From IMG/VR virus record IMGVR_UViG_2667528045_000005: DNA of 30,049 bases; one strand, 5' to 3'. The position numbers and the translations under genes were made by a program. Shown piece by piece: positions 17,775-26,244 of the stretch (position 1 is its first letter; each line of letters begins with the position of its first letter). This stretch comes from a virus. Lineage: Duplodnaviria; Heunggongvirae; Uroviricota; Caudoviricetes. The notes beneath the pieces were generated by a model. That model saw nothing but the letters and a program-made list of their open reading frames with translations, was not told where the DNA came from and searched no databases.

Positions 17775-19544
17775 ATGACCATTTCCACCGATACAACCTT
17801 GTTGCATGACCCGCGACGGCAGGCATCGCTGCTTTACTGGCAGGGTTTTTCCGTGCCACAGATTGCCGAAATGCTGCAGGTCAAGCGCCCGACCGTGCAG
17901 AGCTGGAAGCAGCGCGACGGCTGGGACGGCATCGCGCCGATTTCCCGCGTTGAAAGCAGCCTTGAGGCCAGGCTGATTCAGCTCATCGCCAAGCCGCAAA
18001 AGACAGGGGGTGATTTCAAAGAGATTGACCTGCTCGGACGGCAGATTGAACGGTTGGCGCGAGTCAACCGCTACAGCCAGACCGGCAACGAAGCCGACCT
18101 TAACCCCAACGTCGCCAACCGCAACAAAGGGGAGCGCAAAAAGCCGAAAAAGAATTTTTTCAGCGACGAGGCTATCGATAAACTAGAGGAATTATTTTTC
18201 GACCAGTCTTTCGAGTACCAGTTGCAGTGGTACCGCGCAGGACTGGAGCACCGTATTCGTGACATTCTCAAATCCCGCCAGATTGGCGCGACATTCTATT
18301 TCTCCCGCGAGGCACTGCTGCGCGCACTCAAAACCGGCCATAACCAGATATTTTTATCAGCCAGTAAAACGCAGGCTTACGTGTTCCGCGAATACATCAT
18401 CCAGTTTGCGCGACTGGTCGACGTTGATCTGACTGGCGACCCGATTGTCATCGGTAACAACGGCGCAAAACTGATTTTTCTCGGTACCAATTCCAACACC
18501 GCGCAGAGCCATAACGGCGATCTGTATGTCGATGAAATATTCTGGATCCCGAATTTTCAGAAACTGCGCAAAGTCGCCTCGGGCATGGCCTCGCAAAAGC
18601 ACCTGCGCTCGACCTATTTTTCGACACCTTCCACGCTGGCGCACGGCGCTTACCCCTTCTGGTCTGGCGAGCTGTTCAACAAGGGGCGCAGCCGGATTGC
18701 CGACCGCATCGAAATCGACATCAGTCACAGCGCGCTCGCCGGTGGCCAGCTCTGCGACGATGGCCAGTGGCGGCAGATTGTCACCATTGAGGACGCCCTT
18801 GCGGGTGGCTGCACCCTGTTCGACCTCGACCAGCTCAAACGCGAAAACAGTGATGAGGACTTTAAGAACCTGTTTATGTGCGAGTTTGTCGACGATAAAG
18901 CGTCGGTATTCCCGTTCGAGGAGCTGCAGCGCTGCATGGTCGATGTGATGGAGGAATGGGAGGACTTTGCCCCGTTCGCCGACCATCCGTTCGGCTCTCG
19001 TCCTGTCTGGATTGGCTACGACCCGTCACACACCGGCGACAGTGCCGGGTGCGTCGTGCTCGCGCCGCCGGTGGTCTCTGGTGGCAAGTTCCGCATGCTG
19101 GAGCGCCACCAGTGGAAGGGCATGGATTTTGCAGCACAGGCAGAGGGCATCCGCAAGCTGACCGAGAAATACAACGTCGAATACATCGGCATTGACGCAA
19201 CCGGCCTCGGTCTCGGCGTGTTCCAGCTGGTGCGCTCATTTTACCCGGCGGCACGCGGCATCCGTTACACACCTGAAATGAAAACCGCAATGGTACTCAA
19301 GGCGAAAGACACCATACGCCGTGGCTGTCTGGAGTACGACGCCGGAGCAACCGACGTCACGCAGTCGTTTATGTCCATCCGCAAAACCATGACCAGCAGC
19401 GGGCGCTGCGCCACCTATGAGGCCAGCCGCACCGAGGAAGCCAGCCACGCCGATATCGCATGGGCGACCATGCACGCCCTGTTAAACGAACCGCTTTCTG
19501 CCGGTAGCGGCATGCAGCCTAAATCTATTCTGGAGTTCAACTAA
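17775..19544 (+). CDS. P: terminase large (ATPase) subunit gpP
   Basis: 589 aa; P2 gpP-like. Confidence 0.9.
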   Translation: MTISTDTTLLHDPRRQASLLYWQGFSVPQIAEMLQVKRPTVQSWKQRDGWDGIAPISRVESSLEARLIQLIAKPQKTGGDFKEIDLLGRQIERLARVNRYSQTGNEADLNPNVANRNKGERKKPKKNFFSDEAIDKLEELFFDQSFEYQLQWYRAGLEHRIRDILKSRQIGATFYFSREALLRALKTGHNQIFLSASKTQAYVFREYIIQFARLVDVDLTGDPIVIGNNGAKLIFLGTNSNTAQSHNGDLYVDEIFWIPNFQKLRKVASGMASQKHLRSTYFSTPSTLAHGAYPFWSGELFNKGRSRIADRIEIDISHSALAGGQLCDDGQWRQIVTIEDALAGGCTLFDLDQLKRENSDEDFKNLFMCEFVDDKASVFPFEELQRCMVDVMEEWEDFAPFADHPFGSRPVWIGYDPSHTGDSAGCVVLAPPVVSGGKFRMLERHQWKGMDFAAQAEGIRKLTEKYNVEYIGIDATGLGLGVFQLVRSFYPAARGIRYTPEMKTAMVLKAKDTIRRGCLEYDAGATDVTQSFMSIRKTMTSSGRCATYEASRTEEASHADIAWATMHALLNEPLSAGSGMQPKSILEFN

Positions 19545-19545
19545 A

Positions 19546-20592
19546 ATGGGTAAACAAAAATCCCGTAAAGCCAACGCACAAAAGGCCAGCAAACCACAAC
19601 AACTGACCGCCAGCGCACCGCCAAAAACGACAGCGTTCACCTTCGGCGAGCCGGTGCCGGTACTCGATAAGCGCGACATTCTGGATTACGTCGAGTGCAT
19701 CAGTAACGGCAAATGGTACGAGCCGCCGGTCAGCTTCTCAGGGCTGGCAAAGAGCCTGCGCTCTGCCGTGCATCACAGCTCGCCAATTTATGTTAAGCGT
19801 AACGTGCTCGCGAGCACCTACATTCCGCACCCGTTGTTATCCCGTCAGGATTTCAGCCGCTTTGCGCTCGATTATCTGGTGTTCGGTAACGCCTTTCTTG
19901 AGCAGCGCCACAGCGTCACCGGCCAGTTAATCAAACTGCTGGCCTCGCCAGCCAAATACACCCGACGCGGAGTCGACGATTCGATTTTCTGGTTTGTGGA
20001 AAACTTCACCCAGCCGCACGAGTTCGCGCCTGATACCGTGTTTCACCTGCTGGAGCCCGACATTAATCAGGAGATTTACGGTCTGCCGGAATATCTCAGC
20101 GCGCTTAATTCCGCTTGGCTGAATGAATCCGCGACGCTGTTCCGCCGCAAGTATTATCAGAACGGCGCGCACGCAGGCTACATCATGTATGTGACTGACC
20201 CGGCGCAGAGCGCGACCGACGTCGAATCGCTGCGCGAGGCGATGCGCAACTCAAAAGGGCTCGGCAACTTTAAGAACCTGTTTTTCTACGCTCCCGGCGG
20301 AAAACCGGACGGCATCAAAATCGTGCCACTGAGCGAGGTCGCCACAAAGGATGACTTTTTCAACATCAAGAAGGCCAGTGCCGCCGATCTGATGGACGCG
20401 CACCGCGTACCGTTCCAGCTCATGGGCGGCAAGCCCGAGAATATCGGTTCACTCGGTGATGTTGAGAAGGTGGCAAAGGTATTTGTGCGCAACGAGCTGT
20501 CGCCGCTACAGGACAGGTTCAGGGAGGTAAATGACTGGCTCGGCATGGAGGTCATCAGATTCAAAGAGTACACCCTCGACAACCCAGAATAA
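19546..20592 (+). CDS. Q: portal protein gpQ
   Basis: 348 aa; P2 gpQ-like; 1 nt after the P stop. Confidence 0.9.
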   Translation: MGKQKSRKANAQKASKPQQLTASAPPKTTAFTFGEPVPVLDKRDILDYVECISNGKWYEPPVSFSGLAKSLRSAVHHSSPIYVKRNVLASTYIPHPLLSRQDFSRFALDYLVFGNAFLEQRHSVTGQLIKLLASPAKYTRRGVDDSIFWFVENFTQPHEFAPDTVFHLLEPDINQEIYGLPEYLSALNSAWLNESATLFRRKYYQNGAHAGYIMYVTDPAQSATDVESLREAMRNSKGLGNFKNLFFYAPGGKPDGIKIVPLSEVATKDDFFNIKKASAADLMDAHRVPFQLMGGKPENIGSLGDVEKVAKVFVRNELSPLQDRFREVNDWLGMEVIRFKEYTLDNPE

Positions 20593-20622
20593 CTTAGGCC
20601 GCCACAATCTCTGCGCTCATTA

Positions 20623-20651
20623 TTGAAGATGCAATCTGCGAAAGCTATAGT
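20623..20651 (+). promoter_or_regulatory. sigma70-like promoter (TTGAAG - 17 nt - TATAGT) for the 334-aa orphan gene
   Basis: -35 at 20623-20628, 17-nt spacer, -10 at 20646-20651; ATG at 20670. Confidence 0.45.
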
Positions 20652-20669
20652 GCATCGAATATCAAAACA

Positions 20670-21674
20670 ATGGGCGCGGAGATTAATATTTTGGAAACTG
20701 ATTTTAAAATAACCCTCGAAGGTTTCGCTACTGAGCAAGAAGCAAATAATATCGGTAATTTCACACTAGAAGCTATCCGAGCTTTAACAAAAAATCTCAA
20801 TCTTGATATCTCCAAATTAAAATGCGTGATTGTTTCCTATAACTTCAGTGAAGCTCTTCAAAAGGTAACATCCTCTTACCAACACAAATCCCCTAGTTCA
20901 TTTACCAATAGCAAACAGGGCGCAGCCGTCGGGCAGTTAGTAACAAAAATTGGCAATGATGGGCTATGTGAAGAATATACCCTTGTGCTATCGATTGATT
21001 TTTTTGTTGAGCTTTTCAATGATGGTAGCTTCTTAAAACTGAAAGAAGAAGGATACCTCGCAGTCATCCATCGCATTCACCATGAATTAGTGCACGTACA
21101 TGAAAAAAACTTACTAACATGCTTAGCCCAAAACTTTACAGTCAACGAGTATGGTAGCGCGCTTCTTATCTCAGCCACGCGTGCATGGTCTGAATATCTC
21201 GCTAATTACATGTCTTCGGGGTCTGCCCCTCAAGAAACTATCGATTTATTTTTAGAGAATCTTGACACTGTTGTAAATGAAGTATCTGACGAGATTGAAA
21301 AACTCATCTGGGGTTATAAGTACGGTAATATTTCTCTGAATGACATGTATCTTGAAGTAAAAAAACGTATCAGGCTAATCATCAACTCTTATGCTTATGC
21401 GATGGGTTATGTCCATTCTCTAAACATCAATATTAAAGAATACGATCCAAAGCTATCCCTTACACTATCCAACTCAAAGATAAGATATCAATTATCAGAA
21501 TTAGGCATTGCTTTTCAGAATCTTTATGGGAAGTTTAATGACCAGCACATTACAGGTTTTGGTGATTTTCGGGAGATAACAATAATCATTGATGAAATAT
21601 TCAAGCAGTTTGGGCTTGTTTTAGAGTGTCCCGATTGGTCTGGCGACGGTGAACTCTACATACATGTAAATTAG
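20670..21674 (+). CDS. hypothetical protein, AT-rich orphan gene; HRIHHELVHVHE segment (HExxH-like or HEPN-like)
   Basis: 334-aa intact ORF; markedly lower GC than flanking phage genes; inserted between portal Q and cos. Confidence 0.6.
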   Translation: MGAEINILETDFKITLEGFATEQEANNIGNFTLEAIRALTKNLNLDISKLKCVIVSYNFSEALQKVTSSYQHKSPSSFTNSKQGAAVGQLVTKIGNDGLCEEYTLVLSIDFFVELFNDGSFLKLKEEGYLAVIHRIHHELVHVHEKNLLTCLAQNFTVNEYGSALLISATRAWSEYLANYMSSGSAPQETIDLFLENLDTVVNEVSDEIEKLIWGYKYGNISLNDMYLEVKKRIRLIINSYAYAMGYVHSLNINIKEYDPKLSLTLSNSKIRYQLSELGIAFQNLYGKFNDQHITGFGDFREITIIIDEIFKQFGLVLECPDWSGDGELYIHVN

Positions 21675-21893
21675 TTTAATCATAGTAGAAACATAATTAG
21701 CAGTTTGAATCCTGCCACTCCTATAAAGCCGCTGCTCCTGGTGGCTTTTCCATGCACACCACCATCACGCATCAGATGCGTCTCACGCGCACGAACACAC
21801 TCGACCACCAACGAACCAGCAGCGACCACGACAGCGCCATCACGACGCGCTCAGAGGATAATTTTTATTATTATGCATCACTGCTGGCGCGCA

Positions 21894-21912
21894 ATGCTTT
21901 CCCCGCCACGCC
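21894..21912. other. cos cohesive-end sequence (186-type)
   Basis: ATGCTTTCCCCGCCACGCC is the reverse complement of GGCGTGGCGGGGAAAGCAT, the phage 186 cohesive end as I remember it (2 mismatches to P2). Confidence 0.7.
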
Positions 21913-22072
21913 TGCCCGCTTTATGGGGCGGTTTTAATGCAGTTGCATGACAACTCTGGATCCGCGCTAGCTCTGGCGGCGCACGGACAGAACGGGCAAG
22001 ACTGACGCATGCAAAACCATGCACCTAATGCATGCACGACTAAAAAACGGGAAATTCGCGGAAAAATGGCAT

Positions 22073-22106
22073 AAAAAAACCGGCATTCAGGGTGCCGGTT
22101 TTAGTC
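22073..22106. terminator. bidirectional intrinsic terminator
   Basis: A7 - CCGGCA TTCAGGG TGCCGG - TTTT; on the minus strand the hairpin is followed by seven Ts. Confidence 0.6.
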
Positions 22107-22120
22107 TGGTTTTGTCGCGA

Positions 22121-22222
22121 TTAATGGCCGCGCAATGCGCCAATAACACTGTTGAGGCACATGCTGGCAAAAATCATCAGAAAAATCGTCGTCCACGGAT
22201 TTTCATAAACGAGAGATAACAT
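22121..22222 (-). CDS. possible small hydrophobic membrane peptide (33 aa)
   Basis: MLSLVYENPWTTIFLMIFASMCLNSVIGALRGH; AAGAGGA upstream of the ATG; last ORF before the terminator; not in the ORF track (under 60 aa). Confidence 0.25.
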   Translation of the reverse strand: MLSLVYENPWTTIFLMIFASMCLNSVIGALRGH

Positions 22223-22238
22223 ATTTATATAGTTCCTC

Positions 22239-22523
22239 TTATTTGCGCATTCTGATGTGATTTAACAGGTGTTTGATAACGACTGATAGCTCATCTTTAC
22301 CGGCCTGCTCGACCATTTTTGCGGTGTAGCTTTCCACCTCGCGAGAGCTCAGGTCGTTATTTAAAGCCATTAAAGTCAGATTCTTTGCCCAATCGGCAAA
22401 CGGGTCATTTTTCGATGAAAGGGGATTTTGCATGTCCAAAAACCTCGAATTATTTAACCAGCAGACGGTTGAAGTATTTGCGACGCTATGACCGGCTAAC
22501 GCCTCGCGTAGCTCGTTGTTCAA
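22239..22523 (-). CDS. hypothetical protein (start uncertain: TTG at 22523 or ATG at 22433)
   Basis: 94-aa ORF in the cos-proximal island; N-terminal codons overlap repeat copy R1. Confidence 0.4.
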   Translation of the reverse strand: MNNELREALAGHSVANTSTVCWLNNSRFLDMQNPLSSKNDPFADWAKNLTLMALNNDLSSREVESYTAKMVEQAGKDELSVVIKHLLNHIRMRK

Positions 22524-22564
22524 CCCCGCCAGACCTGAAAGCGAGTTTCAGCTCCGGCGGCGTT
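22496..22564. repeat. 69-bp structured direct repeat, copy R1
   Basis: 60/69 identical to 22901-22969, no gaps; contains imperfect palindrome CCGCCAG..CTGAAA..TTTCAG..CCGGCGG; starts right after the 69-aa ORF stop. Confidence 0.6.
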
Positions 22565-22566
22565 AT

Positions 22567-22776
22567 CTATGGTCGACGTGGTGGCGGTGAGTAATGTGTC
22601 GGCTTGCTGATGCTATCCAGCTTGCCGTAATTATCCCTGACTATTTCGGCACACCCGACCAGCTCGGCGGGTGTCAAATTCTCATTGACCATTATCTGCT
22701 GCAGACGATGAACGATGGCCATCAGTTTGATGCTTTTAGTTTTGTGCTGCGGAATTTCGCCCGGTAGTCGATGCAT
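22567..22776 (-). CDS. hypothetical protein (69 aa)
   Basis: ORF with GAGGG RBS; bracketed by the two 69-bp repeats. Confidence 0.4.
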   Translation of the reverse strand: MHRLPGEIPQHKTKSIKLMAIVHRLQQIMVNENLTPAELVGCAEIVRDNYGKLDSISKPTHYSPPPRRP

Positions 22777-22900
22777 ATTATCGCCCTCAATGAATTTTAT
22801 TTAGCGCTGCCACAGCGCCACTATAAAACCCGCTAAGGTAACGTCCCATTCATCACTGGTGTGTAACCAATAAAACATCGAGAAACTTTGAGAGGAAGAA

Positions 22901-22969
22901 CTAGCGCCTCGCGGTGCGAGTTGTTCAACCCCGCCAGCACTGAAAGCAAGTTTCAGCACCGGCGGCGTT
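22901..22969. repeat. 69-bp structured direct repeat, copy R2
   Basis: Copy of R1; starts right after the DinI-like stop codon. Confidence 0.6.
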
Positions 22970-22971
22970 TG

Positions 22972-23205
22972 TTAATGCAGCCAGCTATCGTCCTCCCATA
23001 CCTGCTGCATGATTTCCATTACTCGTTTTTTATCTTCGTCCAGTTTCAAACCGCTTAGTTCAACGCCATTAGCGGAGCCCTTGCGAATTCGGATAGCAGT
23101 CTTTGGGTAAATAGGTTGAAGATTGCGGTACAGTTCAGCCTCAAGTGCATCCAATGTTGCCTGACTAATTTTTTGCTCTTTATCCAACGTGATATTGATT
23201 CTCAT
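22972..23205 (-). CDS. dinI: DinI-family protein
   Basis: 77 aa; MRINITLDK...LDALEAELYRNLQPIYP...DEDKKRVMEIMQQVWEDDSW aligns along its length with E. coli DinI. Confidence 0.82.
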   Translation of the reverse strand: MRINITLDKEQKISQATLDALEAELYRNLQPIYPKTAIRIRKGSANGVELSGLKLDEDKKRVMEIMQQVWEDDSWLH

Positions 23206-23208
23206 AAT

Positions 23209-23391
23209 CTAATCAGCCTTATAAAAATTATCATCTTCGGTTTCGTTATTTTCGCTGTTTGCTAGGTCTGCAATGAGAGTGAGCGCGAGCTTTAAGTCTG
23301 ATGGCTTGCAGTTTGCAATCAGAGATACCTCGGCAATAAATTGCACACAAGCCCACTTTTGCTGCGTTCGGCTGAAATGTTCGCCAACCAT
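23209..23391 (-). CDS. hypothetical small protein; candidate SOS-induced antirepressor (Tum-like) by position
   Basis: 60 aa, acidic C-terminus; first gene after the LexA box; stop 4 nt before the dinI-like start. Confidence 0.4.
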   Translation of the reverse strand: MVGEHFSRTQQKWACVQFIAEVSLIANCKPSDLKLALTLIADLANSENNETEDDNFYKAD

Positions 23392-23410
23392 GAAATCCCT
23401 CCCACAGGGT

Positions 23411-23430
23411 TACTGTATATTTATACAGTA
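23411..23430. promoter_or_regulatory. LexA operator (SOS box) overlapping a minus-strand promoter
   Basis: TACTGTATATTTATACAGTA fits CTGT-N8-ACAG consensus perfectly; minus strand has TTGCCA upstream and an AT-rich -10 inside the box; GGGAGGG RBS then ATG of the 60-aa ORF. Confidence 0.8.
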
Positions 23431-23504
23431 GCACGTATTGGCAAAAGATGGGAAGAAAAAAAACGAATAGAGCGATTGCTGTATGTGCATGATATGGATA
23501 TGAA

Positions 23505-25727
23505 TTACTCATGTATTGGTTTTGATGCTTCAGCCATCGCCGCAACACGATTAAGGATTTTCCGAGCTTTAGCCTCATGCGATGGTGCTGCGGAAAATAT
23601 TTCTCCTTTGGCCGTTCCGCGTAGCCATTTACCATCAAAACAACTTTTACCACCGGCCATCAGGTGCAGGGCTTCGCCCCGGCTGATATTAATGCCGGTT
23701 GTCAGATGTATCTCATCGATAGTTTTAGCTATAGCTGCGTTTTGCTCATCCGTTCCGTGGATGAATTTTCGCCGTGCTGCTGGCTTTTGCTTCCTGAGTC
23801 GGTTGGTCAATTCTCGTCTTTCACGCCGACTCAGTGGTTTTGTTAAATCCAGTATCGGTGGATCGCTTTCGCTTCCCGTACAGTTATTGACAGAACTCCG
23901 AGGGACGGCTTTGCCGTCCTGAAGGTCAACGGCCAAATCAACAGCACGCTTCGGAACAATCTTCCACTGAGTGAGCCGGGTTAAAATCGGGCTTCCTGCA
24001 CCTATGGAGGAATCGTAGACCCCCTTAATACATACCGTTTCCTCACCGTACTGATTAAGCTCGGTGCGCGGTTCATACAGTGTGCGCACCTGTAAATCAT
24101 CGCGACGGACAAACGGCCCACCCTGAGCATTAACATAACCAGCCCAGTCACCAGCGTCGGCGGCATCATGGACGGCGGCAAACTCAACGCTCAGACCGTG
24201 CGCGGTTTCGGTATCAGCGAGGCGACGCAACTCACGGTAAACCGTCACCGGCGCACCACCAATAAACTGAAACTGACGGATGTGCCAGCGCGCAGCCCAT
24301 GCTGAAACGGCGGGGGCTGTCTCTTTCAGCAGCTCACCGCTTTCATCATCGGTTTCACCATCGAGAGCATAACCGTCGATATTTTTTGAAATGTATTTAG
24401 CAACATAGCCGGTTGCGCTGCCTTTCTCCGGGTCAATGGACTCGGCGTGGAAACGTGCTTTTTTGGATTTATCGCTTTTCAGTTCGTGGCGGTCTTCTTT
24501 CCATGCGTATTTACGGACGATGGAGCGAACATATTCAACATCTTCCGGCAGCATGAACATCAGCATGTGCCAGTGTGGAGTGCCGTCGTGATGGGGCTCG
24601 GCGACACGAATACCGAAAATACGGACATCTTCCCGATGTAGTTTGGCACGGATACGCGCCCAGATACCGGTTAGATAGTTTTGCGTGTCAGCCGGGCTGG
24701 CACCGCTCCATTTGCTGTTACGGTAACCGGCTTTAGTCGTGGCGTGATATTTTGACGGCGCGGTTAGAGTGTAAAACTCACCGACATAACCGAGCTCATT
24801 ACAGATGTTTTCAAACCCACGAATGCGGGTCATGAGCTCACAGCGGCGAATCGCAGGGTTAGCAACTGAGCCATCATATTTTTCAATTAGGCTGATACGG
24901 TTGCCGTCTTCGTCTTCGAGATCCAGACCTTTGAGAAATTCACGAGTGCGGCGCTTTTGTTCACGCCAGTCAGTCACGCAGTTTTTACTCGCGTAAGTGT
25001 TTTTTTTCTTACTGACGTTGCCGACTGCAATTTGCAGGTGTTCGCGCCACGTAGCTGCAACACGGCGCAAACGACCGCGCCACCACCCATCGTTAAACAT
25101 TTTGGCGATAGCCGGTGCGATTTCATCCGCACCGACATATTTTTTTTCAACCCGCTCCCAATGTGGTGGGATAACGTTGAATTGGAGGGAAATAAAGCCA
25201 GCACGAATATACCAGGTGTACAGCGTTTTAAGCTCGCCGAATCCGTGGTCATTAATGTTGGCAAGTTCACCACGAATGAAATTAGCAATATCAGCGGCCA
25301 ACAGGTCAACATCAGCGCGCGACATGTCCGGGAGACGGTTATATTGGGCGACCATATTAACCATGCGTGACGACAGATATTGCATTTGCTGAGTATCAAA
25401 ATGACTTCCAAAAACAGCGGTTGATACCTTGCTGTTGATACCAGCGCATTCGTATTTTTTTGCGACCAGTTCAAGACGCGGCAATGCCTTTTTGCAGAAG
25501 CTGATTAAAAATGCATTGGCTCGTTGACTACCCTGATTTTGCTCCAGCACCGCAGCAGTGCGATAAACATCTAACCGCACGCAGTCGGGCTGGAGAGAAA
25601 GCACCTTTTTTGCATGCAGCAAAGCCGCGAACATACGGTCGCGGCGATGCTGTTGCTCATAAGTAAGGTATGGGCTGGAGATTGCCGACCGTGGGACGTT
25701 CCACGGATAAGCGAATTGAACAGCCAA
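23505..25727 (-). CDS. A: replication initiation endonuclease gpA (rolling-circle)
   Basis: 740 aa; P2 gpA-like. Confidence 0.9.
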   Translation of the reverse strand: MAVQFAYPWNVPRSAISSPYLTYEQQHRRDRMFAALLHAKKVLSLQPDCVRLDVYRTAAVLEQNQGSQRANAFLISFCKKALPRLELVAKKYECAGINSKVSTAVFGSHFDTQQMQYLSSRMVNMVAQYNRLPDMSRADVDLLAADIANFIRGELANINDHGFGELKTLYTWYIRAGFISLQFNVIPPHWERVEKKYVGADEIAPAIAKMFNDGWWRGRLRRVAATWREHLQIAVGNVSKKKNTYASKNCVTDWREQKRRTREFLKGLDLEDEDGNRISLIEKYDGSVANPAIRRCELMTRIRGFENICNELGYVGEFYTLTAPSKYHATTKAGYRNSKWSGASPADTQNYLTGIWARIRAKLHREDVRIFGIRVAEPHHDGTPHWHMLMFMLPEDVEYVRSIVRKYAWKEDRHELKSDKSKKARFHAESIDPEKGSATGYVAKYISKNIDGYALDGETDDESGELLKETAPAVSAWAARWHIRQFQFIGGAPVTVYRELRRLADTETAHGLSVEFAAVHDAADAGDWAGYVNAQGGPFVRRDDLQVRTLYEPRTELNQYGEETVCIKGVYDSSIGAGSPILTRLTQWKIVPKRAVDLAVDLQDGKAVPRSSVNNCTGSESDPPILDLTKPLSRRERRELTNRLRKQKPAARRKFIHGTDEQNAAIAKTIDEIHLTTGINISRGEALHLMAGGKSCFDGKWLRGTAKGEIFSAAPSHEAKARKILNRVAAMAEASKPIHE

Positions 25728-25728
25728 T

Positions 25729-25950
25729 TTATACCCCCCGATAGTGTTTGTTTTTTAGCTCTGCTATTTGCTGGCAGGTTACGCAAAAAGCCACGCCCGG
25801 AATCGCAATGCGGCGAGCTTCCGGGATTGGTGTGTCACATTCCTCGCAAAGAAAACGGGAAGGTGCAGCGATACGGGTGCGTGCGTTGCTGATGTGGCGT
25901 TCGCGGTCTTCCTGCTCGCGCAGTTGTGCTAAATCCATTGCGTCGGCCAT
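25729..25950 (-). CDS. TraR/DksA-family C4 zinc-finger protein (P2 orf82-like)
   Basis: 73 aa with CEEC...CVTC motif. Confidence 0.78.
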   Translation of the reverse strand: MADAMDLAQLREQEDRERHISNARTRIAAPSRFLCEECDTPIPEARRIAIPGVAFCVTCQQIAELKNKHYRGV

Positions 25951-26177
25951 TAGTGCAGCTCCTGTGATTCATTCTCAAAGCGGGTTGCTTCACGGCGCAG
26001 CAGTTCGGCAGCTTCGGTGCCGCTCATACCCTCTCTGGTAATATGAATAGCCAGCGCCTCAAGGCGGATGGAAACAGCGAGCGCGCGGTCTTTACGCTCT
26101 TCTTTTTTTGCATCGGTCAGCAATACGGCCAGCGCATCGCTATCAGTGTTAAAACTACGGATTTCGGTATTACGCAT
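25950..26177 (-). CDS. hypothetical early protein (P2 orf81-like)
   Basis: 75 aa, positional. Confidence 0.55.
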   Translation of the reverse strand: MRNTEIRSFNTDSDALAVLLTDAKKEERKDRALAVSIRLEALAIHITREGMSGTEAAELLRREATRFENESQELH

Positions 26178-26244
26178 AATTAACTCTCCTGCTTTCGGGC
26201 AATAAGATGCCCGGCGGGTTTACGCCATTAAATTTCTGTTTGGA

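Noticed and set aside
22019-22219. 66-aa plus-strand ORF next to cos
   Set aside because: Spans the terminator hairpin, has no RBS and a low-complexity basic composition; the minus-strand 33-aa ORF and terminator explain the region better.
22496-22969. CRISPR array or integron attC interpretation of the 69-bp repeats
   Set aside because: Only two copies about 400 bp apart with protein-coding spacers, so not CRISPR. A GTTGAAC core-like end is present but the inverse core is not convincing and no integron integrase is nearby, so attC is unsupported.
23246-23653. 135-aa minus-strand ORF overlapping the A 3' end and the LexA box
   Set aside because: It would read through the LexA operator and promoter and overlap gpA; the 60-aa ORF with an RBS directly after the box is the better model.
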